A DNA stretch of 64,000 bases, taken from the NCBI GenBank assembly GCA_963796055.1, contig CAWCKH010000002.1, positions 96,001 through 160,000 on the forward strand. The letters run 5' to 3'. The position numbers were made by a program, and so were the translations under genes. This stretch comes from an uncultured delta proteobacterium (GTDB lineage: Bacteria > Myxococcota > Myxococcia > Myxococcales > Myxococcaceae). Of this stretch, positions 50,620 to 61,264 are shown piece after piece (position 1 is the first letter of the stretch; every line of letters begins with the position of its first letter). The notes under the pieces are model-generated. The model was given only the letters and a program-made list of their open reading frames with translations, was not told the DNA's origin and made no database searches.

Positions 50620-51243
50620 TCACCGCTTCGCCGGGGCGGCTGCCGGGTTCGGAGTCGGAGGTGCCACCCGCCGGAGCGTGTTCCGGTCGACATGGTGGAA
50701 GGGCTCTCCCCGGCCGGCGACCTGGAGCAGCGTGTCCTGCTCGTAGCGGAGCGAGTCCCCGTCCAGGAACATGGTCAGCTCGTACTCCAGGGTAAGGAAA
50801 TTCCTGGTCAGGAAGTCGGAGGAGACGATGCCGGCGCTCGTCGACCCCAGGGTCGCCTTCACCGAGAAGGTCCGGGCGTCCGGCTCGGCCGTTCCTCTCG
50901 CCATGGCCACCTGCCCGCGCGGGATCGCCAGCGTCTGGAGGAGAGTCCGCGTCGCGGGCTCCCACAGCCAGTACCCCACCTGGTCATGGAAGGTCAGCCG
51001 CTCGCCCGCCCGAACGATGTGCACGTGGTAGCGCAGGCCGTACAGCAGCTGGGGACCGTTGGTCTGAGGGTCAATCGCCTCGAAGACCATCATCTCCCGG
51101 TAGGTCTGGGTGCTCGCCCCTTCGGCCACCGGATGCCGGTCGCTCCCCTCGCCCTGCCAGACTCCCGCCAGCGGCGTCAGCGGGCCGAGGTTCCGCAGCG
51201 TGTTCACATCGAAGTCTGCAGGTTCGGTGAAGATGTCGGTCAT
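50620..51243 (-). CDS. Nitrobindin/THAP4-like heme-binding beta-barrel (DUF1794)
   Basis: LGPLTPLAGVWQG, NGPQLLYGLRY, FHDQVGYWLW, FHHVDRNTL. Confidence 0.88.
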   Translation of the reverse strand: MTDIFTEPADFDVNTLRNLGPLTPLAGVWQGEGSDRHPVAEGASTQTYREMMVFEAIDPQTNGPQLLYGLRYHVHIVRAGERLTFHDQVGYWLWEPATRTLLQTLAIPRGQVAMARGTAEPDARTFSVKATLGSTSAGIVSSDFLTRNFLTLEYELTMFLDGDSLRYEQDTLLQVAGRGEPFHHVDRNTLRRVAPPTPNPAAAPAKR

Positions 51244-51296
51244 GGGAGTCTCCGTGCCGGGATCGCGATCGTACCTCCGCAGGGCGGCCGGCTGTT

Positions 51297-52205
51297 TCAG
51301 ACGAGAACCGGCGTCCCCTCCGGAAGGCAAAGATCGAGCGCCCCGGGCAGGACCTCGAAACGGAGCTTCTTCCCGGAGATCGGTTCCCCATCGAGGTTGA
51401 CCTGGATCGGTTCCGATGACTCCAGCTCCAGCAAGGAGAGACGTGCGGTCACCGCATGGCGCCACAGTGCCACCGCCCCCTCGCGGAGGAACTCGCGCAG
51501 GGCGGCCGGGCGCTCGGCGCGAGGGAGGTTCGGCAGGATGCTGACGTCGAAGAGACCGTCGTTCAGGACCGCGTCGGGGCAGAGGAGGTGACCGCCCCCG
51601 GCCTGCCGACCGTTTCCCACCGCGAGCACCAGTACCTCACCGGCCCAGGCGAAGTTCGGGCCCTGGAAGCGCACCTCCACCGGCCTGAGCTCGGCGAGGT
51701 GCGCCAGGCCGGTGATCAGATAGGCCGCGCCCTTCAGCAACTTCTTCAGCTCGGGCCGGGTCTCCACCGTGATCTCCGTCCCGAAGCCGCCCGTGGCGAC
51801 GTTGACGAACGCCCGTCCCTCGACGCGCCCCACGTCGATGCGCCGAGGCTCGACGGTGGTCGCCAGGCGGAGGGCGCCCGCCGGGTCGAGCGGGATGCGA
51901 CAGGCGTGCGCGAAATCGTTCGCCGTCCCCAGCGGCACCACGGCCAGGACCGGCCCGGTGCTCCCTCCGCCTCTCGCGGAGAGCAGCCCGGTGGCGACCT
52001 CGTTGATCGTCCCGTCGCCGCCACCGGCAGCGACGCGCGGGATGCCCAGGCGGCTCGCCTCCTCGGCCAACCGGGTTGCGTCCCCCGCCTCCCAGGTCAC
52101 CCGGACGTCGACGCGATGACCGGAAGCCCGCTCCGCCCGCACCGCAGCGCGGACCTCCTGGTTCTGGGCCTGCTTCCCATGGAGCACGATGCGCACGGTG
52201 GACAT
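51297..52205 (-). CDS. yegS: Lipid kinase YegS
   Basis: VRVTWEAGD, GGGDGTINEV, PLGTANDFA, GNGRQAGGG, NLDGEP. Confidence 0.92.
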   Translation of the reverse strand: MSTVRIVLHGKQAQNQEVRAAVRAERASGHRVDVRVTWEAGDATRLAEEASRLGIPRVAAGGGDGTINEVATGLLSARGGGSTGPVLAVVPLGTANDFAHACRIPLDPAGALRLATTVEPRRIDVGRVEGRAFVNVATGGFGTEITVETRPELKKLLKGAAYLITGLAHLAELRPVEVRFQGPNFAWAGEVLVLAVGNGRQAGGGHLLCPDAVLNDGLFDVSILPNLPRAERPAALREFLREGAVALWRHAVTARLSLLELESSEPIQVNLDGEPISGKKLRFEVLPGALDLCLPEGTPVLV

Positions 52206-52405
52206 GTCCGGATGGTACGACCCGTCGTCGGCGCGTGCTGCAAGGACACTCTCCTGCACTTTGGTGCACTCGACCTGTAGCTCCAGGCGACTGGACGGTG
52301 AGCGGCCAACCGTCCTATGCCGGGAGCGACGGGGGGCCTCGTCACCGGGAAGCGCTCAGGGAACGGAAGCGTCAACCGCGCCTGCCCTCCGCCGGAGGCA
52401 CGTCC

Positions 52406-54907
52406 ATGGACCCGTCTCGCTGCCGCTCTCGTCGCCTGACCGTCGGGGCCTGCTTGCTCCTCGCTGCCTGCTCCAGCTCCGGAGATGTCATCAGGTCGCT
52501 GCAGTCGATCGGAGTGACGCCGACCAATCCCTCGCTCGCCGCGGGCACGACCCTGCAGCTCAAGGCGACCGCGACGTACACCGACCTGGCCACCGAGGAC
52601 GTCAGCGACTCCACCGGTTGGACCTCCTCGGACGCCGCGGTCCTCACCGTCTCCAGCTCGGGGCTGGTCACAGCGGTCGCTCCCGGCACCGCCAACGTCA
52701 CTGCCACCAGCGGAAGCGTGGCTGGCTCCACGACCGTCACCGTCACCGCGGCGACGCTCCAGTCCCTCGCCGTCACCCCGGCCGCCCCGTCGATCGCCAA
52801 GGGGACCACCCGACAGTTCACCGCCACCGGCACCTATACCGACGGAAGCACGCAGGACATCACCAGCCAGGCCACCTGGACCTCGTCCGCGCCCACCATC
52901 GCCACGGTCTCCGATGCCGCGGGATCGAAGGGACTGGGCACAGCCGTGGCGGTCGGGACGACCACGGTGAGCGCGGCGCTGGACGGCGTCACCGGCTCGA
53001 CCGACCTGACGGTGACCGCCGCCACGCTCCAGTCCATCGCCGTCACCCCGCCCACCCCATCGGTCGCCAAGGGCAGGACCGTGCAATTCACCGCCACCGG
53101 GACCTACTCGGACAGCAGCACCCAGGACATCACCGGCCAGGTCACCTGGGCGTCGGCGACGACCACCGTGGCCACCGTCTCCAGTGCCGCCGGGAGCAAC
53201 GGCCTGGCCACGACCCTCGGGGTCGGGACCAGCGACATCTCCGCGGCGCTCGACGGGAAGACCGGCGGAACGACGCTGACGGTGACCGCGGCCACCCTCG
53301 ACTCCATCGCGGTCACCCCGCCCGCTCCAACCGCCGCCAAGGGCACCACCTTGCAGTTCACGGCCACCGGGACCTATTCGGACCACAGCACCCAGGACAT
53401 CACCACCCAGGTCACCTGGGCCTCCGCGACGACCACCGTGGCCACCATCTCCAACGCCGCGGGGTCGAGGGGGCTGGCGACTGCGGTGAACGTCGGAACC
53501 TCGTCCGTCTCCGCCTCGCTCCCGGGAGTGACAGGCTCCACCCTCCTCACCGTGTCGGCGGCCACCTTGCAATCCATCGCCGTCACGCCCACCACGCCCT
53601 CGTTCGCCAAGGGCAGCCCGGTCCAGTTCACCGCCACCGGGACCTATACGGACAACACCACCCAGGACATCACCACCCAGGTCACCTGGGCCTCCGCGAC
53701 GACCACCGTGGCCACCATCTCCAATGCCGCGGGGTCGAGGGGGCTGGCCAGCACCGTGGGGGTCGGGACCAGCAACATCTCCGCTGCGCTCTCGGGAAAG
53801 ACCGGGGGAACGACCCTGACCGTGACCGCGGCCCAGCTGCAGTCGATCTCCGTCACCCCCGCCACTCCCAGCCGGCCGGTATTGATCACCCTGCCCTTCA
53901 CCGCCACCGGGATCTTCACCGATGCAACGACCCAGGATCTGACGACCCAGGTGGCATGGGCGTCATCAAAGACGGGGGTGGCGACCATCTCCAATGCGGC
54001 GGGCTCGATCGGGGTGGCCACTCCCGTCGCCCCCGGGGACACCACCATCAGCGCCACCCTGGAAGGCCTGAGCGGCTCGACGATCTTCACCGTCACCAGC
54101 GCCAAAGTGAGCTCGATCGCCGTCACCCCGATCAATCCGTCGATTGCCAAGGGCACCACCCAGCAGTTCACCGCCACCGGGACGTACGACGATGGAAGCC
54201 ACTTCGACCTCACCCAGACTGCCACCTGGAGCTCCTCGAAGATCGCGGTGGCTACCATCTCCAATGCATCGGGGAGCAAGGGCAAGGCCAGTGCCGCCGG
54301 AGAAGGGACCACCACCATCTCCGCCGACTTCGGGGGGAAGCACGGCTCGACCGACCTGACGGTGACTCCAGCCAAACTGGTATCGCTCGCGGTGGCGCCG
54401 ATGGCCCCCTCGATCCACCGCGGCTTGACGCAGCAGTTCATCGCCACCGGGACCTTCAGCGACGGCAGCATCCAGGTGTTGACCTCCACCGTCACCTGGT
54501 CGTCCAGTGACCCCGTGGTGGCATCGATCGCCAACGTCGGCTCACCCGGCCTGGCCACCGGCCTCTCGATGGGGAGCACCACGATCCAGGCCGCGGTGGG
54601 CACCATCTTGGGCTCCGCGACCCTCCATGTGACCGACGCCGTCCTGGTCTCGATCGCGGTGTTGCCGTCCACCGTCTCCATCCCCCGGACCACCACCGAG
54701 CAGTTCACCGCGACCGGAACCTACAGCGATTCCTCGGAGGTGGACCTCACCACCCAGGTGACCTGGACGTCGGACGACCCCACGGTGGTGGTGATCTCCA
54801 ACGCCGCGCTCTCCCAGGGGCTGGCCACCGCCCTCGCCAAGGGAAAGGTCACCATCACCGCGACCAAGGGAACGGTGAACGGGACGGCGAAGGCGACCGT
54901 TCCCTGA
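52406..54907 (+). CDS. Lipoprotein made of nine tandem Big_2 Ig-like domains (Lig-like adhesin)
   Basis: GGAGG RBS, LAAC lipobox, nine ~90-aa repeats LxSIAVTP...FTATGTYxD...WxS. Confidence 0.9.
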   Translation: MDPSRCRSRRLTVGACLLLAACSSSGDVIRSLQSIGVTPTNPSLAAGTTLQLKATATYTDLATEDVSDSTGWTSSDAAVLTVSSSGLVTAVAPGTANVTATSGSVAGSTTVTVTAATLQSLAVTPAAPSIAKGTTRQFTATGTYTDGSTQDITSQATWTSSAPTIATVSDAAGSKGLGTAVAVGTTTVSAALDGVTGSTDLTVTAATLQSIAVTPPTPSVAKGRTVQFTATGTYSDSSTQDITGQVTWASATTTVATVSSAAGSNGLATTLGVGTSDISAALDGKTGGTTLTVTAATLDSIAVTPPAPTAAKGTTLQFTATGTYSDHSTQDITTQVTWASATTTVATISNAAGSRGLATAVNVGTSSVSASLPGVTGSTLLTVSAATLQSIAVTPTTPSFAKGSPVQFTATGTYTDNTTQDITTQVTWASATTTVATISNAAGSRGLASTVGVGTSNISAALSGKTGGTTLTVTAAQLQSISVTPATPSRPVLITLPFTATGIFTDATTQDLTTQVAWASSKTGVATISNAAGSIGVATPVAPGDTTISATLEGLSGSTIFTVTSAKVSSIAVTPINPSIAKGTTQQFTATGTYDDGSHFDLTQTATWSSSKIAVATISNASGSKGKASAAGEGTTTISADFGGKHGSTDLTVTPAKLVSLAVAPMAPSIHRGLTQQFIATGTFSDGSIQVLTSTVTWSSSDPVVASIANVGSPGLATGLSMGSTTIQAAVGTILGSATLHVTDAVLVSIAVLPSTVSIPRTTTEQFTATGTYSDSSEVDLTTQVTWTSDDPTVVVISNAALSQGLATALAKGKVTITATKGTVNGTAKATVP
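52499..54904 (+). repeat. Intragenic tandem repeat, ~270-bp period, 9 units
   Basis: Units visible in DNA; 53389-53478 and 53659-53748 differ at one of 90 nt. Confidence 0.9.
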
Positions 54908-55205
54908 GGGGCCGCTCGATCAGCACACCACACCGAGAGGGCTGACCCTCGCCCCCCTCTGGCGCACGGCATGTCTCGGATAATTTGCGGACTCGACACC
55001 GGGACTCCTCGACCATCCGGATCCAAGGAGTCGACTCCGCGCCCCTCACACCCTCAGCGAGCCAGTGCCGGACGACGCGAGGCACCAGAAGCAAGTCGAC
55101 TGCGGCCCGTCACCCGTCGGCCTCCGGCTCTCCCTCCCGAGTTTTCAGAGCGACGCCGGCGCACGTGAGAGAGGAGGGCCCGCAGCTCTTCCGGGAGAAC
55201 ACCAC

Positions 55206-57364
55206 ATGCGGCTGGCCGCAGCACGGTTCCTCACTTCCTCGATCCTCCTCCTCTCGCTCCCTGTCCTCGCCGATGGTTCCAGTCACCGGTGCCGGCTCGG
55301 GGGCGACGACCGACGCATCGAACGCGTGGTCTACATCCAGTTCGACAACACCCACCTCCGCCGGGACAAGGCCAACGTCTCGTCGGACCTGGAGCAGATG
55401 CCGCACCTGCTCGACTTCATGCGCGACAACGGAACCGTGCTCACCAACGATCACACGGTCCTCATCTCCCACACCGCGGGCGGGATCCTCTCCACCTTGA
55501 CCGGCGTCTATCCGGACCGCCACGGCCAGACCGTCTCCAACAGCTACGTCCGGACCTCCGCGACGGGCTCCTTCTCCTTCCCCAGCTCGTTCGGCTACTG
55601 GACCGACCCGGTCGACGCGGTGACCGGGGTGCCCAACATGGTGACGCCCGACGGCTCCGTTCCGCCGGCGCCGTGGGTTCCGTACACCCGGGCCGGCTGT
55701 GACGTGGGAGCGGTGGCCACGGCGAACATCGTCCTGGAGAACACCGGCACCGGCGCCACCGGGGACGTGACCAAGGTCTTCGGGGTCGACTCGCCCCAGT
55801 TCAACGAGGCGAAGGCGTCCGCTGCCGCCCCGTTCGGAACCGCGACGCGGAACAAGGCCCAGACGGATTCGTGGGACTCGCGATCCACTGCGCGCACGGC
55901 TCAAAGCTCTGCACCGCGGGACATGACGACCTGCTGCCCTCGGAGCCGGGCGGCTACCACGGCTTCCAGGGCCTCTTCGGTGCGCAGGAAATCAATCCGA
56001 TCCTCGCCGGCGGCCCGGTGCTGAACGACCTCGCGGGCAACCCGATCACCGATCCCTTCGGCCAGCCCGGCTTCCCCGGGTTCGACGGGATGGAGGCCAC
56101 GGTGTCGCTGGCATACGCGGCGGCGATGCTCGAGCACGGAGCCCAGGTGACGTTCGCGTACATCTCGGACGCGCACGACTTCCATGGCGTCTCGGGCAAT
56201 GCCCACACGGCGTTCGGTCCCGGTTCGGCCGGCTACGTCGCGCAGCTCAAGGCGTACGACGACGCCTTCGCCGCCTTCTTCGCCCGGTTGAAGAAGGACG
56301 GCATCACCCGCGAGAACACGCTCTTCGTCTTCACCGTGGACGAGGGAGACCACTTCGTCGGCGGGTCGCCCACGCCCGCGAGCTGCGACGGAGTGAACGT
56401 GCCGTGCGACTGGACCGGGCAGGTCGGAGAGATCAACGCGAACATCGATACCCTGGTGGCCGACCAGTTCCCGACACTCGGTGCCGCATTCCTCGCCTCC
56501 GGGGCTCCATACGCCTTCACCGTGCACGGCGACGACGCGCCCACCTTCTACCTGGCGAAGAGGGGTTCTGGGCCACTCGGCCAGACGGACCCGGTGACCC
56601 GTGACTTCGAGCGGAAGCTGGCCGACCTCACCGCGGTGAATCCCTACACCGGGGCGACCGACCGGCTCCTGGCGCAGATGGCCGACCAGACCGGCATGAA
56701 GACGCTGCACATGATCACCACCGGAGACCCGGTCCGGAACGCCACCTTCGTTTACTTCGCCGACCCGGACTACTTCCTCACCGACTTTCCCTCCAGCACC
56801 TGCAAGACCTGCATCAACCCCGCCTTCGCCTGGAACCACGGTGACATCCAGCCGGAGATCGCGCACACCTGGGCGGGGTTCGTCGGCCCCGGCGTCCGAC
56901 ACCTTGGGACGGCCGCTCCCTGGACCGACCACACCGACGTCCGCCCGACCATGCTCAAGCTCCTGGGGCTGCGGGACGACTACGTCCACGACGGCAGGGT
57001 GGTGACCCAGATCCTCTCGCACGGGCGGGGCGGGCACGGGCGGGACGACCGGCATGACGACGACGACGGCCTGACCGAGGCGCTCGGTGCGACGTACAAG
57101 CAGCTCAACGCTCCCTTCGGCCGCTTCGCCCGTCGCGTGCTCCGGGCCTCGACCCTGGCGCTGAAGGGTGAGGACGCGACCTACGCCACGCTGGAAGCGG
57201 AGATCGCCAGCATCACCAGCCGCCGCGACGCGCTGGCCAGCCAGATTCGCGCCGCGCTCGCCGCCGAGGAGTTCGACGGTCACCGGATCGGCGAGCGGAC
57301 GGCCCGCCGGTGGATCGAGCAGGCCGAGGATCTCATCGCCGAGGCGGGCGAGCTGACGCGCTGA
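55206..57364 (+). CDS. Secreted protein, possibly alkaline-phosphatase superfamily; single-base deletion near 55868
   Basis: Signal peptide; QFDNTH, ISHTAG, SDAHD, VDEGDH, WNHGD, DHTDVRPT. Adding one T at GATTCGTG restores DFVGLAIHC. Confidence 0.7.
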
Positions 57365-57824
57365 ACCGCCACCTGACGCCGGCGGGTGGGCCCGAGGGTC
57401 CACCGGCCGGCGCCCGAATCGGTCGCGCCGACCGGAACAGGTTGATCTTCGCCAGGTCGATCAGCTCGTCCCCGCGACCGCTGATCACCGCCTTGAGCGC
57501 GAAGAGGCTGAAGCCCTTCATCTGCTCGACGGTGATCGTCGGGGACATCGAAAGCTCCTGCCGGTGCACCAGGACCTCGACCAGCGCCGGCCCAGCGTGG
57601 GCCATGGCCTGGGTCAGCATCGGCCGGACCTGGTCCGGGCGCTCGGCGGTGAGCCCCAGCATGCCAGCGCCCTCGGCGATGGTCGCGAAGTCGGGGTTCT
57701 TCAAATCGGTGCTGAAGTCCACGATGCCCGCCGCCTTCATCTCCAGCTCGACGAACGCCAGCGAGTCGTTCTTGAAGACCACCACCTTCACCGGCAGCTC
57801 CAGCTGACGGAGGGTGAGCAGGTC
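57333..57824 (-). pseudogene. poxB: 3' fragment of ubiquinone-dependent pyruvate dehydrogenase (PoxB-like)
   Basis: DLLTLRQLELPVKVVVFKNDSLAFVELEMKA...NPDFA...KAVISGRGDELIDLAKINLFR; in-frame stop just upstream; most of the gene is absent. Confidence 0.88.
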
Positions 57825-57876
57825 TCACCCCAGTGGATGCATCCGTGGGCCGGTAAGCCCACGCGTCACACCGGCC

Positions 57877-60800
57877 TCACCTTCCCGACCGCCATGCCGC
57901 CGGGACGAGCCAGTACAGCGTGCCGTTCAGGTCGGCGATGGTCAGCGCGACGAAGGGAGTGTTCCAGTTCCCCCCGCTCACGTCGCGGAATCCAAAGGAC
58001 ACGCCGAGCCTGTCCTGAAGGATGGTGACGTCGAACTCCACGCCGAATTGCGAGCCGCCGCCCCAGGCCAGCGACCACTGAGGCCCGGAGCCGATCCCCA
58101 CCGAACCGAGATGCACCCTGCCCCGCACGCCGAGCGTGGTGGAGACGACGCTCGGGCTGAACTGGATGTCGATGAGCTGCAGGGTCGAGTCCACCGAGAA
58201 CCACCGACCGAGCTGGAGGCGCGGCTCGAGCCAGCTCATGGCGATGCTTCCTCCCACCACGTCCAGTGCCAGCCGGTAGGGTACGAGATGGCCAAGGACG
58301 ATGGGGAGGTAGGACCCGTCGGCCAGCGGGTGCAGGGGGATGGTCGAGGGATCGACCTGGAAGGACACCTCCCCTGTCCGCTCTCCGGCGCGGCTCACCG
58401 TCTCCCCCGCGCCGATGACCGCGTTCACCGCCTTGCGGGTGGAGGTCGACTCCGACGAACCCTGGGCGATCTCCACCGCGCCCGCCCGGTCGAGCGCACG
58501 CCGCACGGTCTGCGAGAGCCACCGCCCCTGGTCGGCGAGCGCCGCCTGCATGGCCTTGGATTCGGGCTGGTAGCCGGCGGCCTGGAGCCGCTCGAGGAAC
58601 TGCTCGAAGGTCAGGTCCACCGGGCACAGCGCTTCCTCGGCCGAGGCGGTGCACTTCGTAGTCGGCTCGAGGAGCACCGCCAGGGCGATTCCCATCGCTC
58701 CTGCGGCGCGGAGGTCGGGCGGTGCACCGAGCCAGCCCCACTCCGGGGTCGCTGCCAGGCGCTCCGCCTCGGCGGAGCTTCCCAGCGCCGCCGCCAGCTC
58801 ACGGCGGGCGAGCGCCCGAACGACCGGGCCTGCCTGGGGCGAGGTGAGGATTTGCAGATCCTCCATGGATTCCCGCATCGCCGCACCGAGACAGCGCTGG
58901 GTCTGCTCGCTGCGGGGGTCGGGCTCCCCGCTCCCATCCGTCTTGAGCACCGGCAGCGGACGTGAGGCGAGATAGGGGTCCTGCTGGGCGCAGATGAGAA
59001 CGGCCATTCCGTGCAGCCCCTCGTAGATGCCGGTGTAGTAGTCGAGCTCGCGCAGCGGACGATCCATGAAACCGGCGAAGTGCTCCAGCTTCTCACCCGC
59101 CAGGGGGCTGAACCGCGTGGCGAGCAGCAGGCGCCTCTGCCCGCGCACGTCGGACTGGATCTCGGTCGCGTCCTCGTGGAGCTGCAGCGCGGCATCGTTC
59201 AGGCTGGCGAGACGCGGGCGCAGCTCTCCGAGGAGCGAGACGCGGCGCGCTGCAGCCCGTGTCGCCTCGGAGAGGGTCGTCTCCGGTACCCGGACGAGGG
59301 CGGTCTGGATGGGGGAGAGCAGCCCGCTGGAGAAGAGCTGCTTGCTCGAGCCCGCTCCGAGCAACGCCAGGGCCTGTGCTGCAGGTTCGGCAACGCCGGA
59401 GGGGGTGCCCGCTGCGCTCAGCGCGCGGAGCGCATCGGAGAGGGCCGGTCGGGTGCCCTCGACGGCATGACCGGCGAGCGCTTGCACCGCGGACGCTGCG
59501 CGCAGACAGGCGGCACGCATCCGGAGGAGCGCACTCTCTGCACCGACCTGCTGTGCATAGGGAACCAGCTCGTCGGCCAGGAAGGCCAGGGCACCGGCTG
59601 CCACCGTGGAGCGGAGCGACAGTCCGGTGCCGCGTGTCGCCGAACCCAGAGCCTCGATGAAGGGCAAAAGGTCCTCGGCGAAGCGAAGGACCTCGTCCGG
59701 GGAGAGGGGCGCGGTCCCCTGGGCGCGAGCTCCAGCGTCGAGCGCGGCAAGAACGTTCCCGCCCTTGCCCTCGACGGCGGCCGCGCAGGACTCCAGTTCG
59801 GTGCCGGCGAGTGGCCGCTGCCGCAGACAGCGGGCGATGAAGCGGCCCAGAGGTCCGCGCTCCTGGCCCGCTGGCCTCCGCCCCGGAGCCGCCGGTTCGG
59901 CGCCCGGTGAGGCCTGCCCTGCCTCCAGCTGCGAAGCGATGGACGCGTAGGTGGCGAGCGCCGATGCCGTCCGGAAGAGGAGTGCCCGGACGGTGAGATT
60001 CCAGCGCCGGGAGGCGATGGCCTCGACGAGCCGCTGCTCGCGCGCGGTGCCCACCAGGTCATTGCCAAATTGCACCGCGTCGCTGAATCCCTGGACGGCT
60101 CTCTCCGGAGCAGGCGGAGCGTCCTCCCGTGGCCGCCGGATGTTCGGATCGACGAGCAGAACGGACAGCGGGCGGAGTGTCCGCGGTGGAGCGAAGGCCT
60201 CGGCCTGCTCGATGGCCAGCCCTACCGGCGCGTTGTCCAGGAACCCGCCGTCGATGAAGTTGCTCCGGCAAAGCTTGAACTCCTGACCGCCACGGGCGGC
60301 GCTGTAGGCGGAACAGGTCAGACCGCCGGACGGCTTGCCCGGCAGCGGCCCCGGGCATTGATCGGGAGTGACCTCGCGCTGCCCATCCCCGCACGCCCGG
60401 CGGCACTCGCACACCCCCCGTGCGCCGAAGGCGACCGGGAACGCGGCCGAGGCGAGCAGCGCCTGGATTGCCGCGGCCGAGGGAAGGTGCGGGCCGGAGG
60501 CATCGATGGCATCGGCCAGCGCGGCCGCGTCGGCTGCCATCCCGGTGGATCGCAACCCGGTGTCGCGGCGGAGCCTGGGGACGCCGTCCCGGTCCACGTC
60601 GAAGATCAGCGGCACCACCGTCTGCTGTGACTTCACGCGCAGGCCGGACACCGCGCGGAGCTGGGGCACGACGCGGGTCATGGTGAAGCCCACCGGGACC
60701 CTGCATCCGGGCTGGAAGCGAATCCCCTTCCCCGAGAAGATGCGGCTCTGCACGCTGTCCACCACGGGGGTGAAGGCGGACGAGGCGAACAGGCCGTCCG

Positions 60801-61179
60801 TGGGGGTGTAGAGGGCCGGGTCGCCGGGCAGGAGCTCGTCGAGTCCGATGGCGAGCCACACGTCGCGGAGAAGGTTTCGATCCACGGAGAGGTTGTCCAC
60901 CTCGTCGTCGGCCTCGCACCACAGCGCGGCCGCGAGGAGGGCGTTGACGCTGCCCGCGGAGGAGCCGGAGAGCGCCTCGAGACGGGGGCGGCGGCGTTCC
61001 CTGTCCGCCGCGCGGCGGTTGGAGCGGATGAGGCGGATGAGTGTCCAGTTCACTGCCGCCTCGTAGGTGCCGAGGCTCGCCGCGCCCTGGAGGGTGAGCG
61101 AGAACGGCGTGCTCTCCGTGGCCGCCGGAGCCGAGCCGGCTGCCGCAACGACGAAAGCGAGCAGCGCGGAAGCGCCCAT
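57877..61179 (-). CDS. Large secreted patatin-like phospholipase (~1100 aa)
   Basis: Signal peptide; QGAASLGTYEA, GSSAG, ASAAFP, IDGGFLDN; Cys-rich insert; beta-rich C-terminus. Confidence 0.85.
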   Translation of the reverse strand: MGASALLAFVVAAAGSAPAATESTPFSLTLQGAASLGTYEAAVNWTLIRLIRSNRRAADRERRRPRLEALSGSSAGSVNALLAAALWCEADDEVDNLSVDRNLLRDVWLAIGLDELLPGDPALYTPTDGLFASSAFTPVVDSVQSRIFSGKGIRFQPGCRVPVGFTMTRVVPQLRAVSGLRVKSQQTVVPLIFDVDRDGVPRLRRDTGLRSTGMAADAAALADAIDASGPHLPSAAAIQALLASAAFPVAFGARGVCECRRACGDGQREVTPDQCPGPLPGKPSGGLTCSAYSAARGGQEFKLCRSNFIDGGFLDNAPVGLAIEQAEAFAPPRTLRPLSVLLVDPNIRRPREDAPPAPERAVQGFSDAVQFGNDLVGTAREQRLVEAIASRRWNLTVRALLFRTASALATYASIASQLEAGQASPGAEPAAPGRRPAGQERGPLGRFIARCLRQRPLAGTELESCAAAVEGKGGNVLAALDAGARAQGTAPLSPDEVLRFAEDLLPFIEALGSATRGTGLSLRSTVAAGALAFLADELVPYAQQVGAESALLRMRAACLRAASAVQALAGHAVEGTRPALSDALRALSAAGTPSGVAEPAAQALALLGAGSSKQLFSSGLLSPIQTALVRVPETTLSEATRAAARRVSLLGELRPRLASLNDAALQLHEDATEIQSDVRGQRRLLLATRFSPLAGEKLEHFAGFMDRPLRELDYYTGIYEGLHGMAVLICAQQDPYLASRPLPVLKTDGSGEPDPRSEQTQRCLGAAMRESMEDLQILTSPQAGPVVRALARRELAAALGSSAEAERLAATPEWGWLGAPPDLRAAGAMGIALAVLLEPTTKCTASAEEALCPVDLTFEQFLERLQAAGYQPESKAMQAALADQGRWLSQTVRRALDRAGAVEIAQGSSESTSTRKAVNAVIGAGETVSRAGERTGEVSFQVDPSTIPLHPLADGSYLPIVLGHLVPYRLALDVVGGSIAMSWLEPRLQLGRWFSVDSTLQLIDIQFSPSVVSTTLGVRGRVHLGSVGIGSGPQWSLAWGGGSQFGVEFDVTILQDRLGVSFGFRDVSGGNWNTPFVALTIADLNGTLYWLVPAAWRSGR

Positions 61180-61264
61180 TCTCCACCCCCTGACCACAGG
61201 TCGACGGTCCGGGGGACCCTAGCACCCGCGCTCGAGTGAGGGGAGCAAAGTCAGGCGCCGCGGC

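Noticed and set aside
52499..54904. Periodic repeats as a CRISPR array or DGR
   Set aside because: In-frame 270-bp protein domain repeats; no spacers, cas genes or reverse transcriptase.
54908..55205. Structured RNA in the 300-nt intergenic region
   Set aside because: Only a short GACTCCT/AGGAGTC stem; no recognisable riboswitch consensus.
33680..55875. Programmed frameshifting at the three split genes
   Set aside because: No slippery heptamers or long homopolymer tracts; single indels in unrelated genes fit sequencing error or recent mutation better.
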